The translations under genes and the position numbers were made by a program. The notes below the pieces were generated by a model, which saw only the letters and a program-made list of their open reading frames with translations, was not told where the DNA came from and made no database searches. Shown here in pieces: positions 41,027-56,037 of a stretch of DNA of 64,000 bases. Every line of letters starts with the position of its first letter. The first letter of the stretch is position 1. This stretch comes from Octopus vulgaris (taxonomy: Eukaryota): contig OX597818.1 in assembly GCA_951406725.2 (NCBI GenBank), forward strand, positions 97,464,001 to 97,528,000. The letters run 5' to 3'.

Positions 41027-41945
41027 AAAAAAAAAAAAAAAAAAAAAGAGAGAGAGAGAGAGAGAGTAACAACCGCATAATAGAATCGATGGAGGCAATT
41101 ATAATTCTTCTTTCAAAGTGCCATGAATTAAAGCAAGAAGCTAATATATTGCAAAACTGGGAAGAACCATGACCCCAAAATGACACCCCAATAAAAGCAT
41201 TGCCCAGCTTGCTCCCTTTCTACTGTCTCCAATGTCCTTTTGATTAAGGCCGTGAGATATAGTCCGAGGGAGATTTGGTCGACATTTCTAACAAATCGAT
41301 GATCCATGCAGAACCATCCTCGCAGGTCTGTAAAAACTAGAACAGTGACCAGCAGGACAATCTAATACGAGGTTAGTGTTTAATATTCCTATCGTTAGCC
41401 TTAATGAACTCTAATATCAGCTTTCAAGTAATTGGCTGTAGACCGCACCACCGGGTAAAATTAACATGGAACATGTACTATAATTACCAACCAGCCCACT
41501 CATCTAAGCATAAATATCATTATACGAACATATCGTATGACTTCTCCTGATCTTTTTACACACTGTCAGATCTTTATTACTGATCGTTTTAGAAGTTAAT
41601 CTTTACCTTTACTAGACTTGCAATGACTGTTCGAGTCCAGCCGGCTCCAGTAGGATAAAACACTCATTTTTAGTGGAATGGAATGTGTTCGATGAATCCT
41701 TATGCCGAGAAATACGATATCTTATCTATAAAGCGAAATTGTTTCCACGTGTTATTTTCCATGGTTTATAACTAATCAAGAGAATGAAGTATTGGATAAG
41801 CAACTTATCGTCCATCCTGCTTGATATTTTCTTGTTTGGTGACCCACTGTTCAAAGTCATACAAACAAAGGAGACTTCTACGTAGTTGCTCGATGCGTTA
41901 GAAATAGCTTCATAACAGCCATCGCAATTCATACCCTATGGTACC

Positions 41946-42018
<73 letters not shown>

Positions 42019-42124
42019 ACACACACACACACGTGTGTGCATTATATATATATATATACACACACACACATATATATATATACACACAAATATGTATATA
42101 TATATACCTATATATATATGTATG

Positions 42125-42165
<41 letters not shown>

Positions 42166-42323
42166 CAAAATGGGACAAGAACGCAAAACATCCAGACAGT
42201 TAGGTGATACAAAAAAGGGACAACAGAATATCCGGATAGACGATGCGAAGAAAACAAGGACGGGTCATTCGAAGTTTTCTTTCCTCAGTCGAGTTCCAGA
42301 TTATCTTTGCAATTTCGATATCT

Positions 42324-42372
<49 letters not shown>

Positions 42373-42563
42373 ATGTTAGCTATGTAGGGGCATCACTTTA
42401 GAGAATTTTTAGTCGAATGAAACGACCCCAGTGTTTATTTTTTTTTCAAGCCTGATATTATTCTATCGTTCTTGTTTTTGTTCAACCGCTATGTTACGGG
42501 GACGCAAACAAACCAACACTGGTTGTCAAGCGGTGGTGGAGGACAAAGACAGACAAACACACG

Positions 42564-42601
<38 letters not shown>

Positions 42602-43241
42602 TAGATATACACGATGGGCTTCTTTTAGTTTCCGTCTTCCCAAATCTACTCTCAAAGCTTTTAATTGGCCCGAGGCTAAAGTAGAAAACACTAACCCAAA
42701 GTTCCACGTAGTGGGATTGAACCCGAAACCATGTGGCTGGGAAACAAACTCATTACCACACAGCCACACACACACACACACACGTATATAAATATATATA
42801 AATGTACGCTCGATTGTAAAAGAGGAACAGTTCAAACTGAAAACGGTATGAAACAAATAACAGTTAAGAAAATTGACAATTTTCAGGATTCAGGGTATGG
42901 AAAACAACAGTCTTAAGTACTCGTCGGCTGTCTGCACAGCCAGTAATTTACAGAGCAATTTCACAACGACTTATTAAAGCAAACCCATCTGTCTCCACGG
43001 CTAATTGACGACGAATAAATTGATAGCTACGATAGTCATTAATTACTGGATTTATTTTGCGAGCCTGCGGACGCATACACACACACATACACAGACACAC
43101 GCACACACATACATAGGCACACACCTCACACACACACACACACACACTCATGCACATACGAACACACAAACGCATACACACACACGCACAATTGCACACA
43201 CACATAAGCACACACATACTCACACACATACGTGCACACAC

Positions 43242-43286
<45 letters not shown>

Positions 43287-43307
43287 ACTGTGTCTGTCTG
43301 TCTCTCT

Positions 43308-43383
<76 letters not shown>

Positions 43384-43433
43384 GCCTGCCTGCTTGCCTG
43401 CCTGCCTGCCTGCCTGCCTACCTACCTACCTAC

Positions 43434-43500
<67 letters not shown>

Positions 43501-43664
43501 GGCTTAGGCGTGGCTGTGCAGTAAGAAATTTGCTTCCCAACCACACGGTGCCGAGTTCAGTCTCACTGCGTGGCACCTTGGGCAAGTGCCTTCTTCTATA
43601 GCCCCGGGCCGACCAAAGCCTTCTGAGTGGATTTGGTAGACGGAAATTGAAAGAAACCCATCGT

Positions 43665-43773
<109 letters not shown>

Positions 43774-43919
43774 GGACTTACTCTTTGTAAGCCTAGTCCT
43801 TATTCTATTGGTCTCTTTTGCCGAACAGCTAAGTTTCGGGAACGTAAACACACCAGTATCGGTTGTCGAACAATGATGGGGGACAGACACAGGCATGCAA
43901 ACGTCTATATATATATGAC

Positions 43920-44339
43920 TAACATCCATGTAGCATCTCTTATATTCCTTCCCATGACTTTCATCCCTTACGTTCCTACCGCCAGGCTTCACTTCCACAC
44001 GCCAGCTTAATTTAATTCGTCCTTAGTCGAAAGACACCTGTTGTTTGTATTTGTAATTGCGTGCTATTTTTCCGTTTTCTTCGCCCTTGTTTTCGTATAC
44101 ATTCGCTTACTTTCTTCCAAGGAGTCTACTGCTCTTACCTCAGATTTTCTTGGGGCCGGCCAGACTGGAGTAGCCTTGAGTGTAACTGGCCGAAACTGCA
44201 AAGACGATCTGGAACTCGACTGAGGATAGCAAGCTCCGAATGACCCGTCCTTGTTTTTTCCTGTCCTGTTTTGTATCGTCTAACTGTTCGAATGTTTTGT
44301 CGTCGCCTGTTATGTTCTTGTTCCATTTTCGTTTTCTTT

Positions 44340-44340
<1 letters not shown>
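43920..44340 (+). mobile_element. Repeat family F, probably a PLE-like 3' end (second copy 42160-42317, minus)
   Basis: Shared GAAA(C/T)TGCAAAGA..ATCTGGAACTCGACTGAGGA...CGAATGACCCGTCC and pyrimidine-rich tail ending at (TA)n in both copies. Confidence 0.5.
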
Positions 44341-45070
<730 letters not shown>

Positions 45071-45456
45071 TACCTGTGTGCCGTGGTATAGCGGTTGCAG
45101 GGCACTGGTTTATGTCTATACCATGGCAGCTCAAATATGTTGCGGGTATTCGCTAAGAATAAATCATAGGCAACGAAAGAATGAATCACAGATGCGGAAT
45201 CACTTCTAGTTGACCACTCCAGAAGAGATCAAACTCATGCGTATCCATTTGTACTGTGTTTTCGTTTTCCCTGTAAGTTTTTTTTTTTGACTGCCTGAAA
45301 ACTTGGTATTTGTGAAATAACTAAAAGAAAACAAATTTGAATATGTAATGAGAGGGGAAGCTTGAATTTATATTCAACACATGTTAGATAAATCTCCCTC
45401 TATCACAGGTAATGCAGCACTATATATGTATATATATATGTGTGCGTGTGTGTGTA

Positions 45457-45491
<35 letters not shown>

Positions 45492-45818
45492 ATGGATGGA
45501 TGGATGGATAGATGGATGTATACATGCATACATATATGCACACACATACAGATGCACATAATGCATATACACACGTTTATACATGTTTATGTATATATAT
45601 AATCAATAATAATAAAGGGTAAAGTTAACTAATCAATTAATAATCAATAATTTTACCAAGTAGTTCGGTATGTTAAAAGAACCATTATCGGTAACCTTAT
45701 ACAAAAAATCTATAATTATAAGCATAATTATAATTATTTAACTGCTATTTCTAAAATTCGGTATGTGATGAAGCAATTTTTGCTGAACCCTAATTATAAT
45801 TATGCTTATAATCATAGA

Positions 45819-45848
<30 letters not shown>

Positions 45849-45854
<6 letters not shown>

Positions 45855-46058
45855 CATAAATGAGGGCAAAGGAAAAAATTTCTAATGCCAAATATGCCGA
45901 AAAATTGGACATATTGTCCATTAACCATATAATTTTTTCACAAAACGCACGTAGCGTGCGTTTTGTGAAAAAAATTATATGGTTAATGGACAATATGTCC
46001 AATTTTTCGGCATATTTGGCATTAGAATTTTTTTCGTTTGCCCTCATTTATGAATTAT
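45849..46058. repeat. Near-perfect palindrome, ~103-bp arms, TAG loop, next to (TA)n
   Basis: Centre AAAACGCACG tag CGTGCGTTTT; only a couple of mismatches. Confidence 0.9.
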
Positions 46059-46157
46059 TTATAAATTTAACCTTTAAAGGTATTTTTTGATATGCTGGCC
46101 ATTGATAAATTTTTTTTCGATAGAAATATCTTTTTCGAAAGAAATTTTATCCTCATT

Positions 46158-46224
<67 letters not shown>

Positions 46225-46845
46225 GTGTGTGTGTGTGTAAACATTTCAGATGAAGTTGAAGACACATAGACATGACAAATCTAGGGTAAAGGCTTAACGA
46301 GTGCTTAATCTGAGTGGTGATATAATATTACATGTGAAAAAAGCTCCGTTTAATCCCACATCCAACAAGTCAAAATGACCTAACTTAATAAAACAAGAAA
46401 CAAAAGAATTAGCTTTAAAGATCTTTCAACGGATTGGCGATTCAGAAGGAAAGTAGGGGGCGGTTTTTATGTGCACCACGCTTCATACTTAATGGTCTAC
46501 TTTTCATAGAAACAGAGAAAGTTGTTGAATATATAATGGTATACGTGTGAGAAAACCTAAGAGTTCTTCGTCACTCGAGAAAAGCAGTTATGCATATCCT
46601 TGAATGGAGCAAAATTTTCACAGCGCTGCTACTGCTGCTACTGCTGCTACCACTGCTGCTACTGCTGCTACTACTGCTGCTGCTGCACTTATATGTTTTC
46701 ATCCATAAAATATCGTTTCTGTGACACGAAGTCGTAGACCCCCTTTAAAATTCATTAAACGAACACAATTCTCACAGTCGGGTGTGGAAGTTATCGTTTA
46801 TAGATTAATAAATATATAAATACATATCAATATACTCTCTCTTTT

Positions 46846-46893
<48 letters not shown>

Positions 46894-47109
46894 GTTGTCC
46901 TACTCCACACACGCGCACACACACGTGTGTGTGTGTAGCTAGTATGGTAAACAGTTTGTTTCCCAATCACATGGCTCCGGTTCAGTCCCACTGCATGGCA
47001 CATTGGGCAAGTATCTTCTACTATAGCTGCTGGCAGGCCGAAGACTTATGAGAGGATTCGGTTGGCGAAAACTGAAAGAAGCTCGTCGAATACACACTCA
47101 GGCACACAC

Positions 47110-47165
<56 letters not shown>

Positions 47166-47202
47166 TACATACATACATACATACACATATATATATATAT
47201 AT

Positions 47203-47237
<35 letters not shown>

Positions 47238-47411
47238 TTATTGCCAATGAAACAGCTGTTGAGCACAAAGTTTGAATATATGTATAATCTATGCTTTCTG
47301 CTCTTTATCTTGTACGTATATACACACAGACACACACACACACACATACACATACACACACACAAACACACACATTCATATATTCAAATACATATGTGCG
47401 TATATATTTTA

Positions 47412-47474
<63 letters not shown>

Positions 47475-47570
47475 GTATACACGCAAGTATGTGATATGTA
47501 TGCATTATCTATATCTATTCATATTTATCTATTTGTCAGTATGTATATCCACACGCACACAAACATTGCG

Positions 47571-47625
<55 letters not shown>

Positions 47626-48093
47626 CACGTACACAAACAACAGCTTGTCTGACTGAACGCAAACTGGATTCTGTAAGCAAATTCAACAAACACTATCCGT
47701 ACTATGAATTTGAAGAAACACCAATGTATGTTTGCTTTCGATTATAAACAATTTGCACAACAATTTTTCAACATCTTTCGTCTCTACATAAATAGAAGAG
47801 CGTATTGGGCGTTGTTCATAATAATACACTTGTGAATTCGGTTCGATTGGGTATTCAACTTATTTCTTCTTAATTTATAAACAGATCTATTATTGTGCAA
47901 TGTGTGATAAGACTCATTCGATATCGTTTTCTTTTTTTAGGTTAAAGAAATCATTATCTTGTAAGGCAAGCTCTCTCTATTTCAGAGAGAAACACCTATT
48001 TGTGTGTTTTGCTGCTCTTTCTTTTAATTTTATATATAATCATTATTATTTATTTTCCCTTTTCAATTCTTGTTCACTTGTTTGTGTACCCGC

Positions 48094-48140
<47 letters not shown>

Positions 48141-48209
48141 TTTGAAGGTGGGGTGGAGGGAGAAGAAACTGACAGACGGAGACAGAGATAGGGAAAGCGA
48201 GAGAGAGGA

Positions 48210-48320
<111 letters not shown>

Positions 48321-49419
48321 CGAGAGTACCCTTGTGAGTGTGTGTGTGCTTGTGTGTATGGCTGAGGAGTAGAAAATCGGTAGAACACCCAACAATTTTT
48401 TTCTATTCTCTTATTGGTTTCATTCATTTGACTTCGGCCATGCTGGGATTACCGCTTTGAAATTTGATTTCGGAGTCGATAAATAAATGTCAATTCAGGG
48501 CCGTAGGTTGGCGGAACTGTAAAAACATCGAATCGGATATCTTGAGTTAAAATCCTGCCATAGCATGATATGGGTGCCAGACTTAATCCGTCGTCAGCCA
48601 TTTGGCACCACGGGTGCCTTTATCAAAGCCATTCTATTACAAGAACTCTGGCTAGTTCACCAGTTTGAGAATTCTTTCCTCTTTGCATTAGTCTCGGAGG
48701 CCCTGTGAAGAATCATGGGCTCTGACGGTCCCTCCTGATTGAAAGATAATACACTCACACATACATACATACATACATACATACATACATACATACATAC
48801 ATACATACATACATACATAACATAACATACATAACATACATACATACATTCACATATATGCATGTGCGAGCGCGCGTGTGTGACAATTACAGTGATTACA
48901 ATGATTAGTACAACTGCACCTTTTTATGTCTACAATCAATTTTAGGTTCTTTACCATTTGACCTACAGTGACAAACGAAATATACACCGCCGATAGTTGT
49001 TGTTGACAAACAACTGCAGTAATTTTATTCAGTTGAATACACGTCATTGATACGACTACTTTAACGTGAAATAACTTCCTAAATATAAGTTTTTCTCAAA
49101 AATGCTAAGAGTAAAATATGTTTTATATGACACATTCTACCAGTGTTCGAAGTTACAAAAAATCATTTTTTAAATCTGTAGGGATCTTATCCCAATTATA
49201 CCTCATATTTGACTTAAATGTACCCGACGCATGTTTCTGCTGAACAGACACCTCACAATTGCATTTTCAGTTACTTTCAACTGTTCATTAGTCTATGCAA
49301 CTTTATTCAAGGTCCATTCACTGACGTGGTCTGAAGCAAACTAAATATGTATGTAGGTTTAGCTAGCATTCTTCTTCTTTTTCCCGTATTATTGTGCATT
49401 ATACTGGTCATATATTCTT

Positions 49420-49711
49420 TTACTCTTTGACTCTTTCACTTGTTTCAGTCATTTGACTGTGGTCATGCTGCAGCACCGCCTTTAGTCGAGCAAATGGACC
49501 CCAGGACTTATTCTTTGTAAGCCTAGTGCTTATTCCACCGGTCTCTCTTTTGCCGAACCGCTAAGTTACGGGGACGTAAACACACCGGCATCGGTTGTCA
49601 AGCGATGTTGGGGGAACAAACACAGACACACAAACATACAATCACATACACATATATATACATATATACGATGGGCTTCTTTCAGTTTCCGTCTACCAAA
49701 TCCACACGCAC

Positions 49712-49766
<55 letters not shown>

Positions 49767-49782
49767 ATATGAGCACCACCGT

Positions 49783-49825
<43 letters not shown>

Positions 49826-50214
49826 CTCTTTTACTTGTTTCAGTCATTTTGACTGCGGCCATGCTGGAGCACCGCCTTTAGTCGAGCAAATCGACCCCGG
49901 GACTTATTCTTTGTAAGCCCAGTGCTTATTCTATCGGTCTCTTTTGTCGAACCGCTAAGTTACGGGGACGTAAACACACCAGCATCGGTTGTCAAGCAAT
50001 GCTAGGGGGACAAACACAGACACACAAACACACACACACACACATATATTTATATATACGACAGGCTTCTTTCAGTTTCCATCTACCAAATCCACTCACA
50101 AGGCATTGGTCGGCCCGGGGCTATAGCAGAAGACACTTGCCCAAGATGCCACGCAGTGGGACTGAACCCGGAACCATGTGGTTGGTTAGCAAGCTACTTA
50201 CCACACAGCCACTC

Positions 50215-50217
<3 letters not shown>
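49420..50217 (-). mobile_element. Two tandem CORE-like SINE copies (49420-49705 truncated; 49822-50217 full)
   Basis: Repeated tail and body sequences. Confidence 0.85.
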
Positions 50218-50275
<58 letters not shown>

Positions 50276-50297
50276 ATATATATATATATAATATATT

Positions 50298-50482
50298 TTT
50301 GGGGTGGTTGGAATTAATGTCTATATATCTAAGGGATTCATTTGGTTTGTGGTACGGGTAATAAAGTAAGGTTTTTAAGTCGAGGGTAACGTCAAGGAAG
50401 TTCGACTTAAAATGCTCACTTTATTACCCGTACCACAAACCAAATGAATCCTTAGATATATAGACATTAATTCCAACCACCC

Positions 50483-50486
<4 letters not shown>
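50298..50486. repeat. Palindrome with ~85-bp arms embedded in (TA)n
   Basis: TTTGGGGTGGTTGGAATTAATGTCTATATATCTAAGG... / ...CCTTAGATATATAGACATTAATTCCAACCACCCCAAA. Confidence 0.9.
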
Positions 50487-50532
<46 letters not shown>

Positions 50533-52109
50533 CATATATATATACACATACAATATACATAATATACATACATATTCATAAATATATGACCGAAATAATG
50601 CGAAATAGTATGGAAAAAATTGTCATAGCATTTGGTGTATTTGTGACAAGATTTTCAACCGTTTTGAGTACCAGGAGGAAAGAAGTTCATGCGTATGATC
50701 AATTGCGCGTGAATCGCTCTGGCCTCTTATCTATATAACGATTATGGAGTATCACTTGCTTGTGTTACAATTATAGTATTATCGTTTCTAAAATAGTATG
50801 CTTTTCATTGTTTAGTTAACAACGTGGTTAACTGCAGTTCATGCTAAAGTAGACTGTCATGTAATGCTACCATACTAATTATGGGGTTTCGGCTTTTATA
50901 CAGTACAACAGTTGATTATATACAGCCCACCTTTCATCTGACTAATGTCTACAATATAGCTTTGATTCAGCTACTACCTTTTCATACAAACCAATATACA
51001 GCCAAAGTTGAGTGAGTCAATAAACCGGGCTGATTGGTATATAAACAAAAATGAGCTAAGAGAAATAGCTTAGAAAGGACAGTGGCATGTACATGAACGG
51101 CATAGACAAATACAGTATATATCAAATACTATACAACATAAAATTGATTTATTAAAAAATTATCTCTGCTTCAAGAGGTTGTGTCATAAATACCAAATGA
51201 CAGCTAAGATTAGCTCCATATGAAGGGGCGATAATCTCAGGATTCAAGTATTCGCTCAAGTTGACATGCTATTAAGGAAAAGGATAAGTTTATTGTTAGG
51301 ATATAAGAAGACCGATCGTTTTGATAAAGCAAAAATTTGTTTTATATGGTACTTGATATACCTGTATTAGTCTGGTTAATGTGTGTTGGTTCATTAATTT
51401 TTCTAGAAGAACCAACGAGTAATGAAATAGAAGAGTTGTTTTTTTTTCTCAATAGACCAACGTCTTTTTTAAAGAGATTTATCTTTTATTAGTTTAGCAT
51501 TATAGAAATCGGGTATGGAACGTGAAGCTGTGATGTTCAGACCATTTTCCAGATGGAGTAATACCATTAAAAACAAAGTGAAATGGCTTCACATCTGCGA
51601 TTGAAGCCAGACCTCAGATCGATTTTTCAGTTACTGACTTCCTATTCAGTAGAGCTTGTCTTGTTTGCTATTACAAACGAATTAGTTCAAGTAATGATTA
51701 ATATACTGCAGTGTATCCTCTGGTTACCGAGTAACGAAGAAATTAGATGTAGATTTCAGAAAACAGACTCTGTAAAGAAGCTTTTTGATTAAAGTTTTTC
51801 TCCTCTGAATAATAAATTCTAGATAAATTTTTAAATGTTAAAACCAACTTCATCCCTGTAATGTTAGTCCTTCGTCAGAAGAATGAGAAAAACATAGGGG
51901 AGGGTGGTGGTGGTGAGAATGAGGACCAAAACAAAGATTTAGGAACAGGTGGGATTGCTTAAAATAACGTCTTTTCTCGAAACAAACACCAATATCCTCA
52001 AAATAAACACAGACGTAATATTAGGCCAGAGAAATTTAGTTCCAGTTACTAGTTTGATGCAAATGACTACTTACCACGTGTAGTGTCAATATACCTCACT
52101 ATAAGTAAA

Positions 52110-52328
52110 TATTCTTTTCTACTCTAGGCATAAGGCCCGAAATTTTTGGGGAGGCGGCCAGTCAATTAGATCAACTCCAGTACGCAACTGGTACTTAATA
52201 TATCGGCCCCAAAAGGAATGAAAGGCAAAGTAGACCTCGGCGGAATTTGAACTCAGAACGTAAAGGCAGACGAAATACTGCTAAGTATTTCGCCCGGCGT
52301 GCTAACGTTTCGGCCAGCTCGCTGCCTT
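52110..52328 (-). mobile_element. Nin/Deu-like SINE with 12-bp TSD
   Basis: TSD ACTATAAGTAAA at 52098-52109 and 52329-52340. Confidence 0.85.
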
Positions 52329-52612
52329 ACTATAAGTAAAAATCATAAGCATAGCTAGTATATATCTCGAAGTGTTTTATTAATCATATCATCATTGCAA
52401 TGGTTATTGTTGTAACTATGGCTACCAAACGATTGTCATAAATTTACTTTAAACATTTTATTTTAAAGTTAGTACTTAAAGGGTAACAGAACTGTTGAGA
52501 GGCATCTATCACCGGATCCTTTCGGTTTGACCGGCAGTTTTTTCTAGCGGTGTCATATGAAATTGTCACCCATAATTATGACCCTAGTATCGATCTATTG
52601 CATTTCAATGTT

Positions 52613-52663
52613 TTAGGGTTAGGGTTAGAGTTACGGTTAGTTAGGGTTAGGGTTAGGGTTAGG
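52613..52663 (+). repeat. Short interstitial (TTAGGG)n tract
   Basis: ttagggttagggttagagttacggttagttagggttagggttagggttagg. Confidence 0.8.
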
Positions 52664-52689
52664 AAAAGATCCCTATCACCCTTCTATTG

Positions 52690-53050
52690 CGTTCTTTGAC
52701 CTCAGTATCCATCCATCTTCTCCTCTCACTATTTCTGGGAGGGTCTTGGCTGTAAAGTCCTCAGGCAACCGTCATCACAATTTTCGGCTGGATTCCCATG
52801 GCCAGCTGAGACTGGATATTATCCAACCATCTTGTTCTTCTACTCCGGATATCCTTTAACTCGGCTTAAAGAATCTTTCTTAAAATTTTCTACTACACCT
52901 TGCGGCGGTGATACTGTCCAAGTTGAAAAGCACTATAGTAGGATATTTGCAGCTATTTAGGCAGACTACTCATCCAAGTAGAAGCAGCTCTTTCATGAAC
53001 TGGCAGTATTATTTATGGATCTGGTGTTTGTTGATGTGAGTGGGTGGTAT
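52690..53050 (-). mobile_element. Possible degraded RTE-like LINE 3' relic
   Basis: Minus strand ...RRTRWLDNI resembles the RTE C-terminal R.RW.D.I motif; heavily disrupted. Confidence 0.3.
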
Positions 53051-53546
53051 TCTAAAGTAAAATGATTAGCATAAAATTGACCTGCTTATCATTAACATGT
53101 CATTAACATAAGATTATAATATCATCAACAATGGCCGTCCTCACAGTAAAGTATGTTAATGCACAGAGTATTTATTTTATCAGTCCACGTTCTTGGGTTT
53201 GAAATTTACACTGAAAGTTTTGTAGCACATACGCAACCTTATTTCATTTAGACGTCGGCGGGTCAATGAGACAATCTCTACGAGGTCACACGGATTTCTA
53301 AAAATACCAACCATACCCTCTATTCACATTTTAGGTCACATGAAAGGTATATTGACTAACGCAGTTCGAGAAAATCCTTAAAAAATACGAGATGGTCACG
53401 GCGAGAACACCTCTCTTCATAGTTATAGACACATTCAGGGTTGCCCTGGGGCCGAGCGACTAGAGTGGTAACCCCAAAAAGTGCTGCTGCTGCTGCTGCT
53501 CCTCCCCCTCCTCCTCTACCTCTTCCTCCTCCTCCTCCTCCTCCTC

Positions 53547-53606
<60 letters not shown>

Positions 53607-53709
53607 TAATATTCAGCAAGAATGTCACCTAGTTTTTTAAGAATAGGTATCGTAACACAGAAAGACACACATACATAGATATCACTGGCTAAAATACTGA
53701 ACCCAATCA

Positions 53710-53950
53710 CCAGCCTGCGGATATGAAACGGGTCGCACAGAAATAATATATTTTGAAATTTAATTCCTATTTCATTGACTATTGCAGTCGGCAGGATGTT
53801 TTTACGTTATATATGTATCATACATGTTACAATTAAATTACATATTGTGAATTTCATTGCATACTGTTATGCGCCTGATTCACCTGCCCGTGGAAAAAAT
53901 TGTCTTCTGTGAAACTGGTCTGTGATGCAAAAAGGGTTGGCGACCGTTGG
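53710..53950 (+). mobile_element. hAT/Charlie (MER1-like) 3' terminal fragment
   Basis: GTGGAAAAAATTGTCTTCTGTGAAACTGGTCTGTGATGCAAAAAGGGTTGGCGACCGTTG resembles the MER1 end. Confidence 0.55.
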
Positions 53951-54237
53951 ACTAGGGTACTATTCGGGAAAAATATCTCTTTCACATTCCACGCTATAAG
54001 TATAGGAATTATATATCGGCACGGTGGATTTAAATGTCAGGTGAAATGATAAATTCTCATTAAAGTATGGTCATATTGTTTGTTTGTTTGTTTGTTTGTT
54101 TGTTTGTTTGTTTGTATGTATGTATGTATGTATGTATGTATGTATGTATGAATGTATGTATGTATGTATGTATGTGCGTGTGTATATATATATATATATA
54201 GATATATACACATATACATACATATATAGATATATAC

Positions 54238-54278
<41 letters not shown>

Positions 54279-54589
54279 CATATATACACACACACGCACA
54301 CACACACACACACACACACATATATACATTTTTATATACATATATATATACATACATTATATATATACACACATATGTATACGTACATACATAATGTATA
54401 TATATACACGTACACACACACACTCACACCCACACAAACATATGTATGTATGTATGTATGTATGTATAAGCATCGTTATCATTTGAATAAGATTATAAAA
54501 TTATATTAATTTTCGATGTTTTTAAAGTTTTAAGTTACAATGGTAAATGCGTAATGCCGTAATAGTTCACGTGCAGGTACACATGTATG

Positions 54590-54645
<56 letters not shown>

Positions 54646-54751
54646 CGTGTGTGTACGAGTGTATGTATGTGTACGTATAATACATGGCTGCCTCCCAAAG
54701 AACATTCTCTATGAGTGGGGGCGGGCATCTGGAAGATATATATATATATAT

Positions 54752-54982
54752 TTCTTTATTATCCACAAGGGGCTAAACATAGAGGGGACAAACAAGGACA
54801 GACAAAGGTATTTAGTCGATTACATCGAACCCAGTTCGTAACTGGTAGTTAATTTATCGACCCCGAAAGGATGAAAGGCAAAGTCGGCCTCGGCGGAATT
54901 TGAACTCAGAACGTAACGGCAGACGAAATACGGCTACGCATTTCGCCCGGCGTGCTAATGTTTCTGCCAGCTCGCCGCCTTT
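54752..54982 (-). mobile_element. Nin/Deu-like SINE
   Basis: Full monomer ending CCAGCTCGCCGCCTT on the plus strand. Confidence 0.85.
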
Positions 54983-55063
54983 GCTGGAAGATATATATAA
55001 CATACACACACACACACACATACACATATGTATGTATGTGTATGCATTGACCTGTGAAAGGGA

Positions 55064-55104
<41 letters not shown>

Positions 55105-55110
<6 letters not shown>

Positions 55111-55323
55111 ATCCAAACAAGAAAACACAGAAAAAAAGAGAAAAAAACACAGCAACGCAGGACGTGGAACAATTAAAGTATTATTGACGCTCAGGAAAGA
55201 AGGGAAGGAGGGTTAAACGTTTCGAGCGGAGCTCTTCGTCGGAAACAAGGAGAAGGAAAGATCCCAAGAAGGGAAGACAGAGGAAAAAATATTTGAGCTG
55301 GTGGTGCTCAAGAGATCACATGT

Positions 55324-55325
<2 letters not shown>
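55105..55325 (-). mobile_element. PLE 3' end of a related subfamily with hammerhead variant (55212-55246)
   Basis: gttt CCGACGA A GAGC tcc GCTC GAAA CG TT taac; shares CCTGAGCG downstream with family A; (TA)n on both sides. Confidence 0.7.
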
Positions 55326-55410
<85 letters not shown>

Positions 55411-55972
55411 TATGTATGTGATAACCTTCAATTCTTTCTATCGAAAAGGATATTTACATGCTATTATTCATAATTGTAAGTGTGCTTCGAGATGTAATGT
55501 TCCACAAAAGAATGTTTTCACTTTCTCTCTAAGGCTTATAAATTCTTGTGACGTCAATAAACATGTGTTTGTGTGTGTATCTGCGCATATGTGTGTGTAT
55601 GATGCATGGGTTCGTGTATGTATGTGTCAAAGTACTTCTGTTTATATATATATATATATATATATATGGCTATATATATGTGAGACTCTGAATCTAAATA
55701 GATAAGTAACATTTCCAGTCACAACTAGATAATGAATGCTAACTTCTTGATAACGATGCGAAACACCTTGTCGTTACAGTGTCTTCTTAATGAGTGTTAA
55801 AGCATATTTACTACATATATGTAAAAACACTGCTATAGTTCGCACACACATATACAAACATACACGCACCGCACACACACATACAAACATACACGTACCA
55901 CACACACCCACACACACTAAAATATGTTAAAGACTTTTCTTTGTCTTCTTCGTATCACTTGGATTATAGGAT

Positions 55973-56032
<60 letters not shown>

Positions 56033-56037
56033 GATAT

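Noticed and set aside
44110-44250. Hammerhead-like pieces in family F (GGCCAG..CTGGCC GAAA; CTGAGGA..CGAAT)
   Set aside because: I could not assemble a core, stem III and UH triplet consistently in either copy; left uncalled.
45650-45697. Minus-strand CCGATAA..GGT..ACC GAAC motif
   Set aside because: Too many core mismatches. It may be a decayed HHR but is unsupported.
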